Shown here: piece by piece, positions 42,054 through 52,638 of the stretch | Layout of the letters: every line of letters starts with the position of its first letter | Position numbering within the stretch: the first letter of the stretch is position 1 | Source of the DNA: Candidatus Heimdallarchaeota archaeon | GTDB taxonomy: Archaea; Asgardarchaeota; Wukongarchaeia; Wukongarchaeales; JBHIFL01 | Reading direction: 5' to 3' | Length of the DNA stretch: 52,853 nucleotides | Assembly (NCBI GenBank): GCA_046761065.1 | Contig: JBHIFL010000020.1 | Location: forward strand, 1 to 52,853 | Position numbers and translations under genes: made by a program | Notes under the pieces: model-generated | Database searches by the model: none | What the model saw: the letters and a program-made list of their open reading frames with translations, nothing else | Told to the model about the DNA's origin: nothing

Positions 42054-45000
42054 ATACCATGCCTAAGAATAACTTGGATTTTAATGTGAAGGTTCTCTCT
42101 CAACTGGGATTGAGTGAAGAAGAGGCTGTTGCCTACTCAATCCTTGTAGGAACCGGATCACGGACAGCAGAAGAAGCTGCCCTATATTCTGGACGTCCAG
42201 CAAGAGAGATAAAAGAATCATTAGCAAAACTTGCGGAAAAGGGTTTTGCTAGACTGATTCCTGGTGTCCTCGATATTTATGTAGCATTGAACCCACAAAT
42301 TACTATTACAGCAAAAGCTGAAGATCAACTCCAAACTGAACTTAATAAAACAATCTCTGAAATAAATGATATATGGAAATACAGCGCAGATCAGCTCAGA
42401 GAAACAACAGCGAATTTTAAAACTGCTACTAAAGAACTTGCTGATAACAAAATTTCAGTAATGAAAGAAGCTTCTAAAAACTTTAGTAGTACAATAAAAC
42501 AAACAGTTCAAGAGCTAGAGGGAAACTTAAAGGAACTATCTGAAAAATATAGTGCAACTATATCAAAATTTACTACAGAAGACTATAATTCCCTGGAAAC
42601 TTCCCTTCAGACTTTGAAAACCACTTTATCTACTGAAATACAAAATCAGATTTCCGATTTAGAAGATTCTATAGCAGAACTAAACCAAAAAACTGCTGAA
42701 CTCATAGATAGTTCCTCGAAAATTCTCCGAGACCAGACAGATAATGTAATGGAAAGATTTGGTGCTATAATTACAGAAATCAAAGATAAAAATAGTAATT
42801 CAATCAAGGAATTCGAAGATAAGCTTATTACAACCACTGAAAACTTGGAAGCCCAAATCGAAGCACAACGAGAAAATTTATCCGAATCTGTGAAAAAAGT
42901 AGGGCATAATATAATTGACAACTTTAAAAAGAACCTTTCGACATTACATAGCACTTTCTCAAAGTCAATTACTGAGCTTATTACCCAAATCAACGCAAAT
43001 ATAGATTCTAGCCTGTCAAAAACCGCTGCAAGTCTTGATTTAAAAGTTGATCAACACGCAGAAAAAACTACAGAGAACAGGAACCTCCTAACAAATGCTC
43101 AGGATATCCTATCAACTGCTTTTCAAAACGTTATAGTTGAGATTGAAAAAAGTGTTCAATACAATGAATCCCTAGAAACAGCTCTTACCAAGTTTCAAGA
43201 AAAAACCCAATCTGTACTAAAGGATCTAACAAGCTTAGAGACTAACCTAACAAAGAAGACAAAAGCTCTTTCTGATAATACGATCTTAACGTTACGCGAA
43301 GGAATCAAAGAAGGAATTGATAGCATTCAAAAGGGCCTAAAAAGCATTCAGATGAATCTCACTCAATTTATAGAGAGTTCAGTAGCAGCATTAAAAGAAT
43401 CGAATAAGACATTCACAGATAAGACAACAACATTAATTGAATCAAAACAGGAGGACTTCCTATCAACACTTGATAATATCACAGAAGCTACAAAGAAACA
43501 ATTAAGTACCCAAACAAACGAAGCACAAAACAACATTTTAACAAAGAAAGAGATAGTTATCAACGAACTAACCAAACAAATTCAAGAAGCCAATGAAAAA
43601 TTTAACAAACAAATCAATAGAATGCGAAATGACACTGAAACCCTTCTTGAAAAATTTAACGAACAGGTTAAAACAAGAGTAAACACTACCAAGAGCAGTC
43701 TTCTGGATCAAGTCAAAGCAAATAATACACAGATAGAAGAAGAAATAGACGCCCAAATTGGCCAAATAAAATCCAATAAAACCGAGATAAATACTAAGTT
43801 AGATAATTTACTCAAGGAGATGACGGAGAAATTCACAAAACTTCGCACAAATACAATAGAAAAAACCAAAAACATTACCCAAGAAAGCATGAAACAGTTG
43901 AAGACGTATCTTTCAACCCTATCTGAAAGCTTTGATAAGACATTAAGTACCTTTTCTAAGAAAACTTCACAAGAATCGGAAGCAATACGAAAAGAGATCC
44001 CTCCAGCTCTTGATCGACTAGTGACAGATCATAAAAACAGAATCCAGACATTTGACCTCACCTTTTCAGAGACCCTTATGCAATTGATTGAGATTGTTAG
44101 TGAGATCTATGAGAAGCTTCAGGATAAAAAAACCCGGAAAAAGTTACATGAGGTATACCTGCCAAAACTAGAGGTAATGAAAACTAACTTAGCAGATATT
44201 CAAGAGAAACTTCGAACCCTCATGGAAACCCATATCACATCCTTTGAAACGGAGAGTTCGAAATTCATAGACCAAATTGAAAGATCCTTGACACTCCAGA
44301 TACGTAACATCCAAGATTTAGTAGAACAGAGTAAAGAAAAAATAGAAACATCTCGAAATGAAACCGGAACCATGGTGGAGGGTGGACTAACAGAAGCAAC
44401 GAACCTTCTTCTCAATAGTCTTCAGCAGACAACGGACCAAAATCTTCAAACTGGTGAGAGCAGCATAAAGCAAGTGAATAAAGCATTTCAAAATTGCATA
44501 AACACTCAAACTGCTCTACTGCAATCCTTCCGCGAAACTTTTACGTCCCTTGAGACTACCATCTCTACTGCTATTAAAGAAATAACAACTGAAACAAACA
44601 AGGATTTAGCCAATCTAAATAAGGAAATTCTAAAAAAGCAATCAAGACAACTTGATCAAACTTTAAAGGATACTGAAAAAGCAATAGAAGCAACACGAGA
44701 CCAAGTCCTAAACTCTACAGAAAATATCTCCCAGACTTCTATTGAAATAGATAAGAACTTACTAGCTCAGATGCTAGAACTTATAGATTCCCAGCGTGTA
44801 AGTGTTAGTGATGCATTCGAGGATCTACGTACAAACATTTCTGAAGGTCAAGAAAAGAGAAATACCGAATTAGAAACAAACCTTGAAAATATATCCATAA
44901 CTCAAAAAAAAGGCATAGAAGAGATTATTAAATCTGCTACAAATTCTATGAACAATATTATTGATGAAACAATAACCCAAATATCAGATTTAGGTAAAAA

Positions 45001-46411
45001 ACTCACTCGTACAAGCAATGATGAAATCGAACGAACTCTTCGAAATTCATCAAAACTCTATGGAGAGACGACTGATGCTATAACACAAGGACTTTCAAAA
45101 CAGATTAATTCCTTTAACCAAGAAATTATACCTTCTATTGAAAGCACGAAAGAAACCTTTACATCAGAACTTGTCTCCTCCCTCGAAAATGTAGAAAACA
45201 TACTGTTGAAATCTCAAAAAGAAATCAAAACGTCTGCTGACAATTTAAAAGAATTATTAAATGAACTTCCCGTAATAACCGAATCTATCAAGAAAGATCG
45301 AGAAAAAATGGATAACGAAGTCAAGTTCATCATCGAAAATACAGTTTCTGCGCTTCGAAACGAAGTAATTTCTAATGAAAATAAAACTCATGAGATTATC
45401 AGTAAAAGAACAGAAGAAGCTAAAGCAACTGTTATACAGCTGCAAAAAGAAGAACTTCCTCAAGTCTTGAGTACTACACTCCAAGAAAACCTTGATCAAG
45501 CAATAAAAACTATCAACAACGTAAAGGAAGAAGTTCACAAAAAGATTGAGAGTGAAACCAAGAATCTGAGAACTCAAAGTGAAAAAATAACTGCTATTCC
45601 AATTCGAAATATCCAAACAAAGGTAATGGATTTCCAAAAATCACTTGAAGACGAACTTGGTTCCCACTCTTTAACCATCAATAAACACTTTTTTAACCAT
45701 GCTGAGAAGTTAAGAGACTCTTTAAAAACACACCGTGCCCAAACAAAAGAAATGCTTGACTCTTCAGAGGCTATCATTAATCAAACAACCTTAAAATATG
45801 CTAAAGAGGTTGAAAAAAATCTTTTGGAGATTGCTACAGGAGTAACTAGCACAGTTGACAAAATCGAGAATGATGTGACCAAAAAATTATCAGGTCAACT
45901 ACAAGGAATCCCAGCACGAATACACACAGCCCTTAAGGATACAGGAGCCACGATGACTTTCTTAAAGCAGGTACATGACTTTGCCCTAAAAACAAAACCA
46001 CTTGCAATCGAACAAACATATCCTATATTTGGAAAAGAAGCTGTTCTCAATAGCATCCTCAGTTGTTTGAGCCGAGTCAAAAGTACGATCAACTTAGTTG
46101 TACCCAACCTTGAAGATATCCCACTTAATGTCCTAGAAACTGTTCCTAGTACTAGACGAATCGAATTGATCACTAGTGAATCTTCAATCACCCCAGAATA
46201 CATTTCTGAACTCACAAATAAGCTACCCAATGTTGTTGTACGAAAAACACCCGAAATAGATGCTTATATAGCCTTCAGAGACGCCGAAGAAGTTATTATT
46301 GGAACGGGAGAAGGAAACAGTCTTGCCTCAATTGCAACAACCCAAGAGGAATTTGTCCGCTTGTTGGGCGAATTACAATCCAGATTTAGATCTCAAAGCA
46401 GACCTGTTTAG
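42050..46411 (+). CDS. Giant TrmB-type wHTH, ~1230-aa coiled coil, TrmB effector/PLD-like domain protein
   Basis: N-terminus LSQLGLSEEEAVAYSIL...LAKLAEKGF...YVALNP; C-terminus IFGKEAV...RVKSTINLVVP...FRDAEEVIIG without HKD; helical middle. Confidence 0.8.
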   Translation: MNTMPKNNLDFNVKVLSQLGLSEEEAVAYSILVGTGSRTAEEAALYSGRPAREIKESLAKLAEKGFARLIPGVLDIYVALNPQITITAKAEDQLQTELNKTISEINDIWKYSADQLRETTANFKTATKELADNKISVMKEASKNFSSTIKQTVQELEGNLKELSEKYSATISKFTTEDYNSLETSLQTLKTTLSTEIQNQISDLEDSIAELNQKTAELIDSSSKILRDQTDNVMERFGAIITEIKDKNSNSIKEFEDKLITTTENLEAQIEAQRENLSESVKKVGHNIIDNFKKNLSTLHSTFSKSITELITQINANIDSSLSKTAASLDLKVDQHAEKTTENRNLLTNAQDILSTAFQNVIVEIEKSVQYNESLETALTKFQEKTQSVLKDLTSLETNLTKKTKALSDNTILTLREGIKEGIDSIQKGLKSIQMNLTQFIESSVAALKESNKTFTDKTTTLIESKQEDFLSTLDNITEATKKQLSTQTNEAQNNILTKKEIVINELTKQIQEANEKFNKQINRMRNDTETLLEKFNEQVKTRVNTTKSSLLDQVKANNTQIEEEIDAQIGQIKSNKTEINTKLDNLLKEMTEKFTKLRTNTIEKTKNITQESMKQLKTYLSTLSESFDKTLSTFSKKTSQESEAIRKEIPPALDRLVTDHKNRIQTFDLTFSETLMQLIEIVSEIYEKLQDKKTRKKLHEVYLPKLEVMKTNLADIQEKLRTLMETHITSFETESSKFIDQIERSLTLQIRNIQDLVEQSKEKIETSRNETGTMVEGGLTEATNLLLNSLQQTTDQNLQTGESSIKQVNKAFQNCINTQTALLQSFRETFTSLETTISTAIKEITTETNKDLANLNKEILKKQSRQLDQTLKDTEKAIEATRDQVLNSTENISQTSIEIDKNLLAQMLELIDSQRVSVSDAFEDLRTNISEGQEKRNTELETNLENISITQKKGIEEIIKSATNSMNNIIDETITQISDLGKKLTRTSNDEIERTLRNSSKLYGETTDAITQGLSKQINSFNQEIIPSIESTKETFTSELVSSLENVENILLKSQKEIKTSADNLKELLNELPVITESIKKDREKMDNEVKFIIENTVSALRNEVISNENKTHEIISKRTEEAKATVIQLQKEELPQVLSTTLQENLDQAIKTINNVKEEVHKKIESETKNLRTQSEKITAIPIRNIQTKVMDFQKSLEDELGSHSLTINKHFFNHAEKLRDSLKTHRAQTKEMLDSSEAIINQTTLKYAKEVEKNLLEIATGVTSTVDKIENDVTKKLSGQLQGIPARIHTALKDTGATMTFLKQVHDFALKTKPLAIEQTYPIFGKEAVLNSILSCLSRVKSTINLVVPNLEDIPLNVLETVPSTRRIELITSESSITPEYISELTNKLPNVVVRKTPEIDAYIAFRDAEEVIIGTGEGNSLASIATTQEEFVRLLGELQSRFRSQSRPV

Positions 46412-46415
46412 AGTA

Positions 46416-47681
46416 TCAAGATGGGAGTAACGATCGTATAGTAGATTCTAAATCTTCAGCCTTAGAAAAGATAGGTTTAGATAGTTTGTCAGCCATTACA
46501 TTTATATCTTTTAAACCATGTCCGGTGATTACACAAACCACTTTGTCATTTTTTGTAATTGTCTCTTTTTCAAGTAAGCATTTAAGCGCGGCAAGAGGAG
46601 TTGCTCCTGCAGGTTCGGCGAAAATTCCTTCTTTTGTAGCTAAAAGTCGTTGAGCATCTAAGATCTCATCATCTGATACACTAAACATTGATCCTCTAAA
46701 CCTCTTGAGAAGTTTAAGGACGCGGTTCCCACTTGGGGGGTTGGGGTTGATTATTGCATGAGCAATTGTTGATGGGTTAAGATACTCCTCTACTTTATTT
46801 TTTCCTGCGAAATAGGCTTTAACAATGGGGTTATTTCCTTTTGCTTGGACTCCAATGATGTGAGGCATATGATTGATGAACCCGATTTCATTCAACTCCA
46901 TAAATCCTTTAAAAATGGCAGAAATATTCCCTCCACTGCTTACAGGGACTATCAGGTGATCAGGAGTTTGCCATCCCAGTTGATCACAAATCTCATATGC
47001 AATTGTTTTTTGCCCTTCGATACGCCAAGGAGAATCAGAATTAATGAATAGAATCCCTATTTCATGCCCAATTTGCAAGCTTATATCATACATCTTGCTG
47101 TAGGGACAAGCCACTGCTACAACATTAACGCCACAAATAACAGTTTGAGCTATTTTTTGCACAGAAGTATTCTGTGGGATTAGGATGACGCAGGGTAGTT
47201 TGGCTTTTGCAGCATAAGCTGCAACAGAGGCAGCCATGTTACCCGTACTGACGGTCCCAACACCACGAACACCCAATTCCAATGCCCTCGTGACGCCTAT
47301 AGAAGTACCTCGATCTTTAAAGGAGCTAGTAGGATTCCGAGTTTCATCTTTAAGCAATATTTGTGGAAAGTCTAGGTGTTTCATCAGATTCTTTGCTTCA
47401 AGGAGTGGAGTTCCTCCCTCATATAAGGAAATTATATGGTCAAAAGATTCGAATGGTAAGAATTCTTTATATTTCCAAATATTGAAAGGTCTCTCTTCGA
47501 AATCTTGCTTTGTGATCAGCTTTCTGATTTTAGACAAATCGTAACGAACCTCTAAAGGTTCGTCGCACATGGTGCATCTCTGTATCAGGGATTCCCATGG
47601 AAACAGCTTCCCACAAAAACTACATACCAATTTGGCATTTTTGAAAGAAATGGAATTCGTTTCTATTTCAAAATTTTCCAT
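46416..47681 (-). CDS. thrC: Threonine synthase
   Basis: SLYEGGTPL, NPTSSFKDRG (PLP Lys), STGNMAAS, EGQKT, PVSSGGN, TGHGLKD. Confidence 0.93.
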   Translation of the reverse strand: MENFEIETNSISFKNAKLVCSFCGKLFPWESLIQRCTMCDEPLEVRYDLSKIRKLITKQDFEERPFNIWKYKEFLPFESFDHIISLYEGGTPLLEAKNLMKHLDFPQILLKDETRNPTSSFKDRGTSIGVTRALELGVRGVGTVSTGNMAASVAAYAAKAKLPCVILIPQNTSVQKIAQTVICGVNVVAVACPYSKMYDISLQIGHEIGILFINSDSPWRIEGQKTIAYEICDQLGWQTPDHLIVPVSSGGNISAIFKGFMELNEIGFINHMPHIIGVQAKGNNPIVKAYFAGKNKVEEYLNPSTIAHAIINPNPPSGNRVLKLLKRFRGSMFSVSDDEILDAQRLLATKEGIFAEPAGATPLAALKCLLEKETITKNDKVVCVITGHGLKDINVMADKLSKPIFSKAEDLESTIRSLLPS

Positions 47682-48064
47682 AATTCTTCACTTTTTGTCT
47701 TAATTGTTCAAGAGGAATTTGATACACATGGCTTCAATTCTGGCTTCCCAAAGGGGGACCCCTTGATCATATCCCTGGTGGGTTTGAACACAGCTCATTT
47801 CATATGATTTGGTTTGTTCATGATGCGAAAAAATTATTATTGGACATTGTCGCTAATTATTTCATGTGTTTATCGCTTGTGATCTCCTCCGAGATACTTA
47901 AAAGGACCTCAGCGTATTTAGCAGCATATGATTTTTAGTTTTATCAGCAAACAATTGACTTACTGTTCTCCTGAATTGAATTATTGACTTATAATTAAAG
48001 TATTGATCAGAAAACGATTGGTACAATAAAACCCATTTTCCCTATTTTGGCGCCAAGATGGACG

Positions 48065-49834
48065 CTATTTTCGACGAAACCTTTTATTTAATTCATGAAA
48101 TGGAAGTTGGATAGTGATCGGTCGGCCATGAGGACATGTGAAGAGATCCTTGGACCGACAGAGACGTTTAAGTAGTTTAACAATTTGGCGAGATGTCAAA
48201 GGATCTCCTGCCCGAACAACTGAATGGCAAGCAATGGATTTAATAATCTCACTCTCTGAAGGTAGTGAGGAGAAGTCCCCTTTCTCCAGTAGCTCATCAA
48301 TTAGATCGTCTAAAACCTCTTTTTGTATAAATTGTCCATATATAATAGGAACTGCGCGTATGAGAAAAGTATCTTTGCCAAATTTTTCGATCTTAAACCC
48401 AAACTCGGAAAGAACTTTAAGATTTGCTTCTAAGACCGTTGCTCGCGGAGGGGACAATGTCACGGCAACTGGCTCTAACAACTCTTGAGATTTTATGGTT
48501 GAGTGTCTTACTTGTTCTGTGAGTTCATCAAACAAGATCCGCTCAAAGGCCGCATGTTGATCAATAAAATAAATGCTATTATCATCGTAGGCGACGATGT
48601 ATGAATTCTTAATAATGCCAATTGGAACCCAAGGAAGTTCCGTTGCTTTTAGTTCCTTTATGTCAGATATATGAACAGCTGGTTTCTCTAATGTATCTGA
48701 CACTTTTGAGGAAAACTGAGTTTGAACAGTTGGCTTTACGGACATTTTTCGAGAGTTTGGAACCACTAAAGGAACTGATCCCTTTTCTCCTAAAACAGCG
48801 TGTTGAACCTCGTCAGGGACAATTTCTGGTAGCAGATCGGCTGCCCTTAAAGCATCTTTAAAGACTTTAAAGAGATTTTTACGGAGATTCCGTTCGTCAT
48901 GAAAGCGAATCTCTCTTTTGGTTGGATGGATGTTTACATCAATTAGTTCCGGCGAAATTTCAATGTTCAACACACAAATTGGATATCTATCTTTTGGTAA
49001 GAGCTGCGGACGTTTATAGGCAGCGATGACGGTATCTTCGAGGATCTTACTCTTTACAGGTCTTGAGTTTACGTAAATATGGAGTCGTTCTCGTGTCCGA
49101 TGGGAAATTTGGGGCTTAGATAGAAAACCTTTAACTTGGATAGGGCTTGAACAATCAATTCGGATTAAATTACGCGATAAGTCTTTACCATAAATATAAA
49201 TAATCCTAACAAGAGGATCTGTGGTGGCAGGAGACAAGATTAAGTTTCTTTTTTCCGAATCCAACTGGAACGTAATCTCAGGATGGATAAGGGAATACCG
49301 AGCTACAATATTATAAATGTGAGCTTGCTCGCGATGATCATCTTTTAAAAACTTTCTTCGTACCGGAACATTATAAAATAGGGCTGTAATCGTAAGAGAG
49401 GTGCCTACTGAACATCCAACAGGTTCTACGCTCTTTAGTTCCCCACCCTCAATGACAACTTTGGTTCCAAATTCACTAGTTACTGGACGGGTGATCATTG
49501 TTACTTTAGATACCATAGCAATACTTGCAAGCGCTTCACCACGGAAACCTAAAGTCTTGATTCGTGCAAGATCTTCGACTGTTCTTATTTTACTGGTTGT
49601 ATATCTTTCAAAAGCAAGAATAGCGTCATCTCTTGACATTCCATGGCCGTTATCATTGACAATGATCTGTTGCTTTCCTCCTTGTTTGATCTTGATCTCA
49701 ATTTTTGTGACCCCAGCATCTATCGCGTTCTCAATTAGTTCTTTAACTACGGAGGCAGGACGTTGAACCACCTCCCCAGCTGCGATCTGTTCTATGACAT
49801 GCTTTTTAAGTTTAATGATCTTCAATTTGTCCAC
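48065..49834 (-). CDS. mutL: DNA mismatch repair endonuclease MutL
   Basis: IAAGEVV, KELIENAIDAG, GFRGEAL, DQHAAFER, ACH, CPHGRP. Confidence 0.98.
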   Translation of the reverse strand: MDKLKIIKLKKHVIEQIAAGEVVQRPASVVKELIENAIDAGVTKIEIKIKQGGKQQIIVNDNGHGMSRDDAILAFERYTTSKIRTVEDLARIKTLGFRGEALASIAMVSKVTMITRPVTSEFGTKVVIEGGELKSVEPVGCSVGTSLTITALFYNVPVRRKFLKDDHREQAHIYNIVARYSLIHPEITFQLDSEKRNLILSPATTDPLVRIIYIYGKDLSRNLIRIDCSSPIQVKGFLSKPQISHRTRERLHIYVNSRPVKSKILEDTVIAAYKRPQLLPKDRYPICVLNIEISPELIDVNIHPTKREIRFHDERNLRKNLFKVFKDALRAADLLPEIVPDEVQHAVLGEKGSVPLVVPNSRKMSVKPTVQTQFSSKVSDTLEKPAVHISDIKELKATELPWVPIGIIKNSYIVAYDDNSIYFIDQHAAFERILFDELTEQVRHSTIKSQELLEPVAVTLSPPRATVLEANLKVLSEFGFKIEKFGKDTFLIRAVPIIYGQFIQKEVLDDLIDELLEKGDFSSLPSESEIIKSIACHSVVRAGDPLTSRQIVKLLKRLCRSKDLFTCPHGRPITIQLPFHELNKRFRRK

Positions 49835-49950
49835 CAGAGATCAAAACCCATTATAATTCACCAAATTCATGGTATTTCAGTTTTTTTCTTGAATTTAGCT
49901 ATTTTCTAGATTTTTTCTAAATATCTGAGTTTTGATATTTAACTAGATAG

Positions 49951-52638
49951 CTACATATCAGCCCCAAGATCGAATTCGGTCAGAATTGTCTGTTTTTTCT
50001 TTTTTCGCGCGTCTTTTATTATTTGAGCGGATTCAGATTTGTTAGATGCTCGAGGCTTGTCGAGCACAGGAGATATTCGAATCGAAGGTAGTTCAGTTTT
50101 TGACAAGTCCAAGATTGGTTCATCATCTGAAGTTTTTGGTTCTACAGAAGAGGTTACGTCCCGTGTAGGTGGTGGAGTTGCTTCAGAGAGGATAGGAATC
50201 TGGATCTGACTCTGAGACTCAATCTTCTCTAACACCTCGGAAGCTCGCTTAATCACTTCGGGGGGAAGTCCTGCGAGTTTAGCTACTTGAACCCCATAGC
50301 TACGATCAGAGGGGCCAGGAACTACTCTTCTTATAAAAATCATCTTTCCCCCCCTCTCTAAAACAGATACATTGTAGTTATTAATTCGGGGTAGTAAATC
50401 ACTAAGTTGAACGAGTTCCCTGTAATGAGTAGCTAACATTGTGCGAACACCAATTTTATTATGAATGTATTCCACTACAGCCCATGCTATAGCCATCCCA
50501 TCGAATGTAGAGGTTCCTCGGCCGATTTCATCCAATATAATCAAACTTTTTGAGGTTGCGTTGTTCAAGATATTAGCTGTCTCTGTCATTTCCACCATAA
50601 AGGTGCTCTGTCGCCGAGTTATGTCATCGACCGCACCTATTCGTGAAAATATTCGATCTACAATTCCTATTCGAGCCATATCAGCCGGTACAAAGCTTCC
50701 TATCTGGGCCATCAAGACAATAAGAGCTATTTGACGGATAAAAGTTGATTTCCCGGCCATATTCGGACCAGTGACAATAGATATCTGATTCCCTGAACAA
50801 TCAAGGAGCGAATCATTTGGAATGAAATCTTCATTAATTAATTGTTCAACAACAGGATGTCGGCCTTTCTTGATTTCAATTATGTCAGCATCATCTACTT
50901 GTGGTTTAGTATAACGTGATTGGATCGCTATTTCAGCAAATGAGCAGATTACATCCAATTTAGCAATGCTATGAGCGGTTTGTTGAATTAATTCAGTATA
51001 ATTACAAATTTCATCGCGTATTTGGATAAATATTGCATATTCAAGGTCATTAATTTTTTCCTCAGCATTGAGAATTTTTTCTTCCCAATCTTTAAGGGCA
51101 GGAGTTATAAAACGCTCTGCATTAACTAAGGTCTGCCTCCTTATGTAATCGTTGGGTACCTTATTAAGATTCGACTTAGTCACTTCTATATAATACCCAA
51201 AGGTTCGATTGAACCCCATTCTTAAGTTCTTAATACCAGTACGTTTCCGTTCTGTCTTTTCTAAATCAATTAGCCAGTTTTTACCAGTTTTAATGATCTC
51301 GCGTAACTCATCAAGCTGTTTATTGAACCTATCTTTTATTATTCCTCCTTCAGTTAATGTCTGTGGAGGATCATCGACAATTGCCTTATCAATAAGAGAA
51401 ACAATATCCTCCGATTCTGTTAGTAGGTCCTTCGAGATTATTTTTAGATAAGGAGTATTAACATCTTTCAAGAGGTGGGTTAACTCAGGGACTTTTTGTA
51501 ATGAGGTTTTAAGTAATATCATGTCTTTGGGAGAAGTTCTTAAATAATTTAAGCGGCTAATAATCCGTTCGAGATCATGAATACTCATTAGTACCTCTGT
51601 TAGACCCTTTCTTAGTATAATATCCTTGAACAGTTCTTCAACCGCTTCTAGGCGGCTTTGGATTTTTTCAGGCTCTCTAAGAGGATGAGTGATCCATTGT
51701 TTCAATAATCGACTTCCCATTCGTGTGAGAGTGTGATCTAAAATTGATAACAGAGTGCCGCGGCTTGATTTGTCACGAATATTTTCAAGAATCTCTAGAT
51801 TCTGGATGGTGGATGAATCGAGGATCACATATTTAGAGATTGAATGGGTTTTTAATGATTGAATATTTGTCAGAGGTGCTTTTTGGGTTTCTTTCAAATA
51901 GGAAATAATGGCTCCAGCTGCTGAAATAGCCAAAGGAAGATTTCCACAACCATATCCGTCAAGTCCTCCATGTGCTATTCCAAAGTGATCCAGTAAAGTC
52001 TGTTCTGCATAGTCTGGATCAAAAAGATAATCTTCAAGAGGAGAAAAGTAGATGTCGTAGGGGATATTCGTATGAAGTGAATCCATGAAGCCTTGGTTCT
52101 CGCTTAGACTCCTTGGAAGGAGACATTCTTGAATAGGATATCTTGAAAATTCTGTGATTAGATCATTAAAGGCAGATTTCCCAGGAAGATAGGTTGTTTG
52201 GAATGTGCCAGTAGATAGATCAACTAAAGAAAGCCCATACCCAATTTTTCCTCGCACAAGGGCTGCTAAATAGTTATTGACCTTCGCATCTAACATATCT
52301 ATGTCAAAAATTGTCCCTGGGGTGATAATCCGGACTATTTCTCGCTTTACTAGCTTTTTTTTGGGGCTGGGTTTCTCTACTTGGTCGCAAATAGCAACCT
52401 TATAACCTCGATTTACAAGCTTTTTAATGTGGGGTCCAACTCCATGAACAGGTACACCAGCCATTGGAAGCATTTTTTCTTTATCTTTAAAGGTGAGAAT
52501 AATTCCTAGTTCTTGACTAACAAGCTTTGCATCCTCTTCGAAGGTTTCATAAAAATCACCCACTTGGAAAAACAGAATCGCGTTATTACATTTCCTTTTC
52601 AAATCGTGATATTGTTTAACCATTGGTGTGTCACTCAT
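49951..52638 (-). CDS. mutS: DNA mismatch repair protein MutS (MutS1)
   Basis: TPMVKQY, GDFYE, TGPNMAGKST, STFMVEM, DEIGRGTST, SYGVQVAKLAG. Confidence 0.98.
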   Translation of the reverse strand: MSDTPMVKQYHDLKRKCNNAILFFQVGDFYETFEEDAKLVSQELGIILTFKDKEKMLPMAGVPVHGVGPHIKKLVNRGYKVAICDQVEKPSPKKKLVKREIVRIITPGTIFDIDMLDAKVNNYLAALVRGKIGYGLSLVDLSTGTFQTTYLPGKSAFNDLITEFSRYPIQECLLPRSLSENQGFMDSLHTNIPYDIYFSPLEDYLFDPDYAEQTLLDHFGIAHGGLDGYGCGNLPLAISAAGAIISYLKETQKAPLTNIQSLKTHSISKYVILDSSTIQNLEILENIRDKSSRGTLLSILDHTLTRMGSRLLKQWITHPLREPEKIQSRLEAVEELFKDIILRKGLTEVLMSIHDLERIISRLNYLRTSPKDMILLKTSLQKVPELTHLLKDVNTPYLKIISKDLLTESEDIVSLIDKAIVDDPPQTLTEGGIIKDRFNKQLDELREIIKTGKNWLIDLEKTERKRTGIKNLRMGFNRTFGYYIEVTKSNLNKVPNDYIRRQTLVNAERFITPALKDWEEKILNAEEKINDLEYAIFIQIRDEICNYTELIQQTAHSIAKLDVICSFAEIAIQSRYTKPQVDDADIIEIKKGRHPVVEQLINEDFIPNDSLLDCSGNQISIVTGPNMAGKSTFIRQIALIVLMAQIGSFVPADMARIGIVDRIFSRIGAVDDITRRQSTFMVEMTETANILNNATSKSLIILDEIGRGTSTFDGMAIAWAVVEYIHNKIGVRTMLATHYRELVQLSDLLPRINNYNVSVLERGGKMIFIRRVVPGPSDRSYGVQVAKLAGLPPEVIKRASEVLEKIESQSQIQIPILSEATPPPTRDVTSSVEPKTSDDEPILDLSKTELPSIRISPVLDKPRASNKSESAQIIKDARKKKKQTILTEFDLGADM

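Noticed and set aside
42050-46411. Calling the giant protein SMC or a PLD nuclease
   Set aside because: No Walker A/B, ABC signature, SMC hinge or HKD motif
47682-48064. tRNA-like words (GGGTTTGAAC, TGGCGCC) in the thrC-mutL spacer
   Set aside because: No cloverleaf can be built
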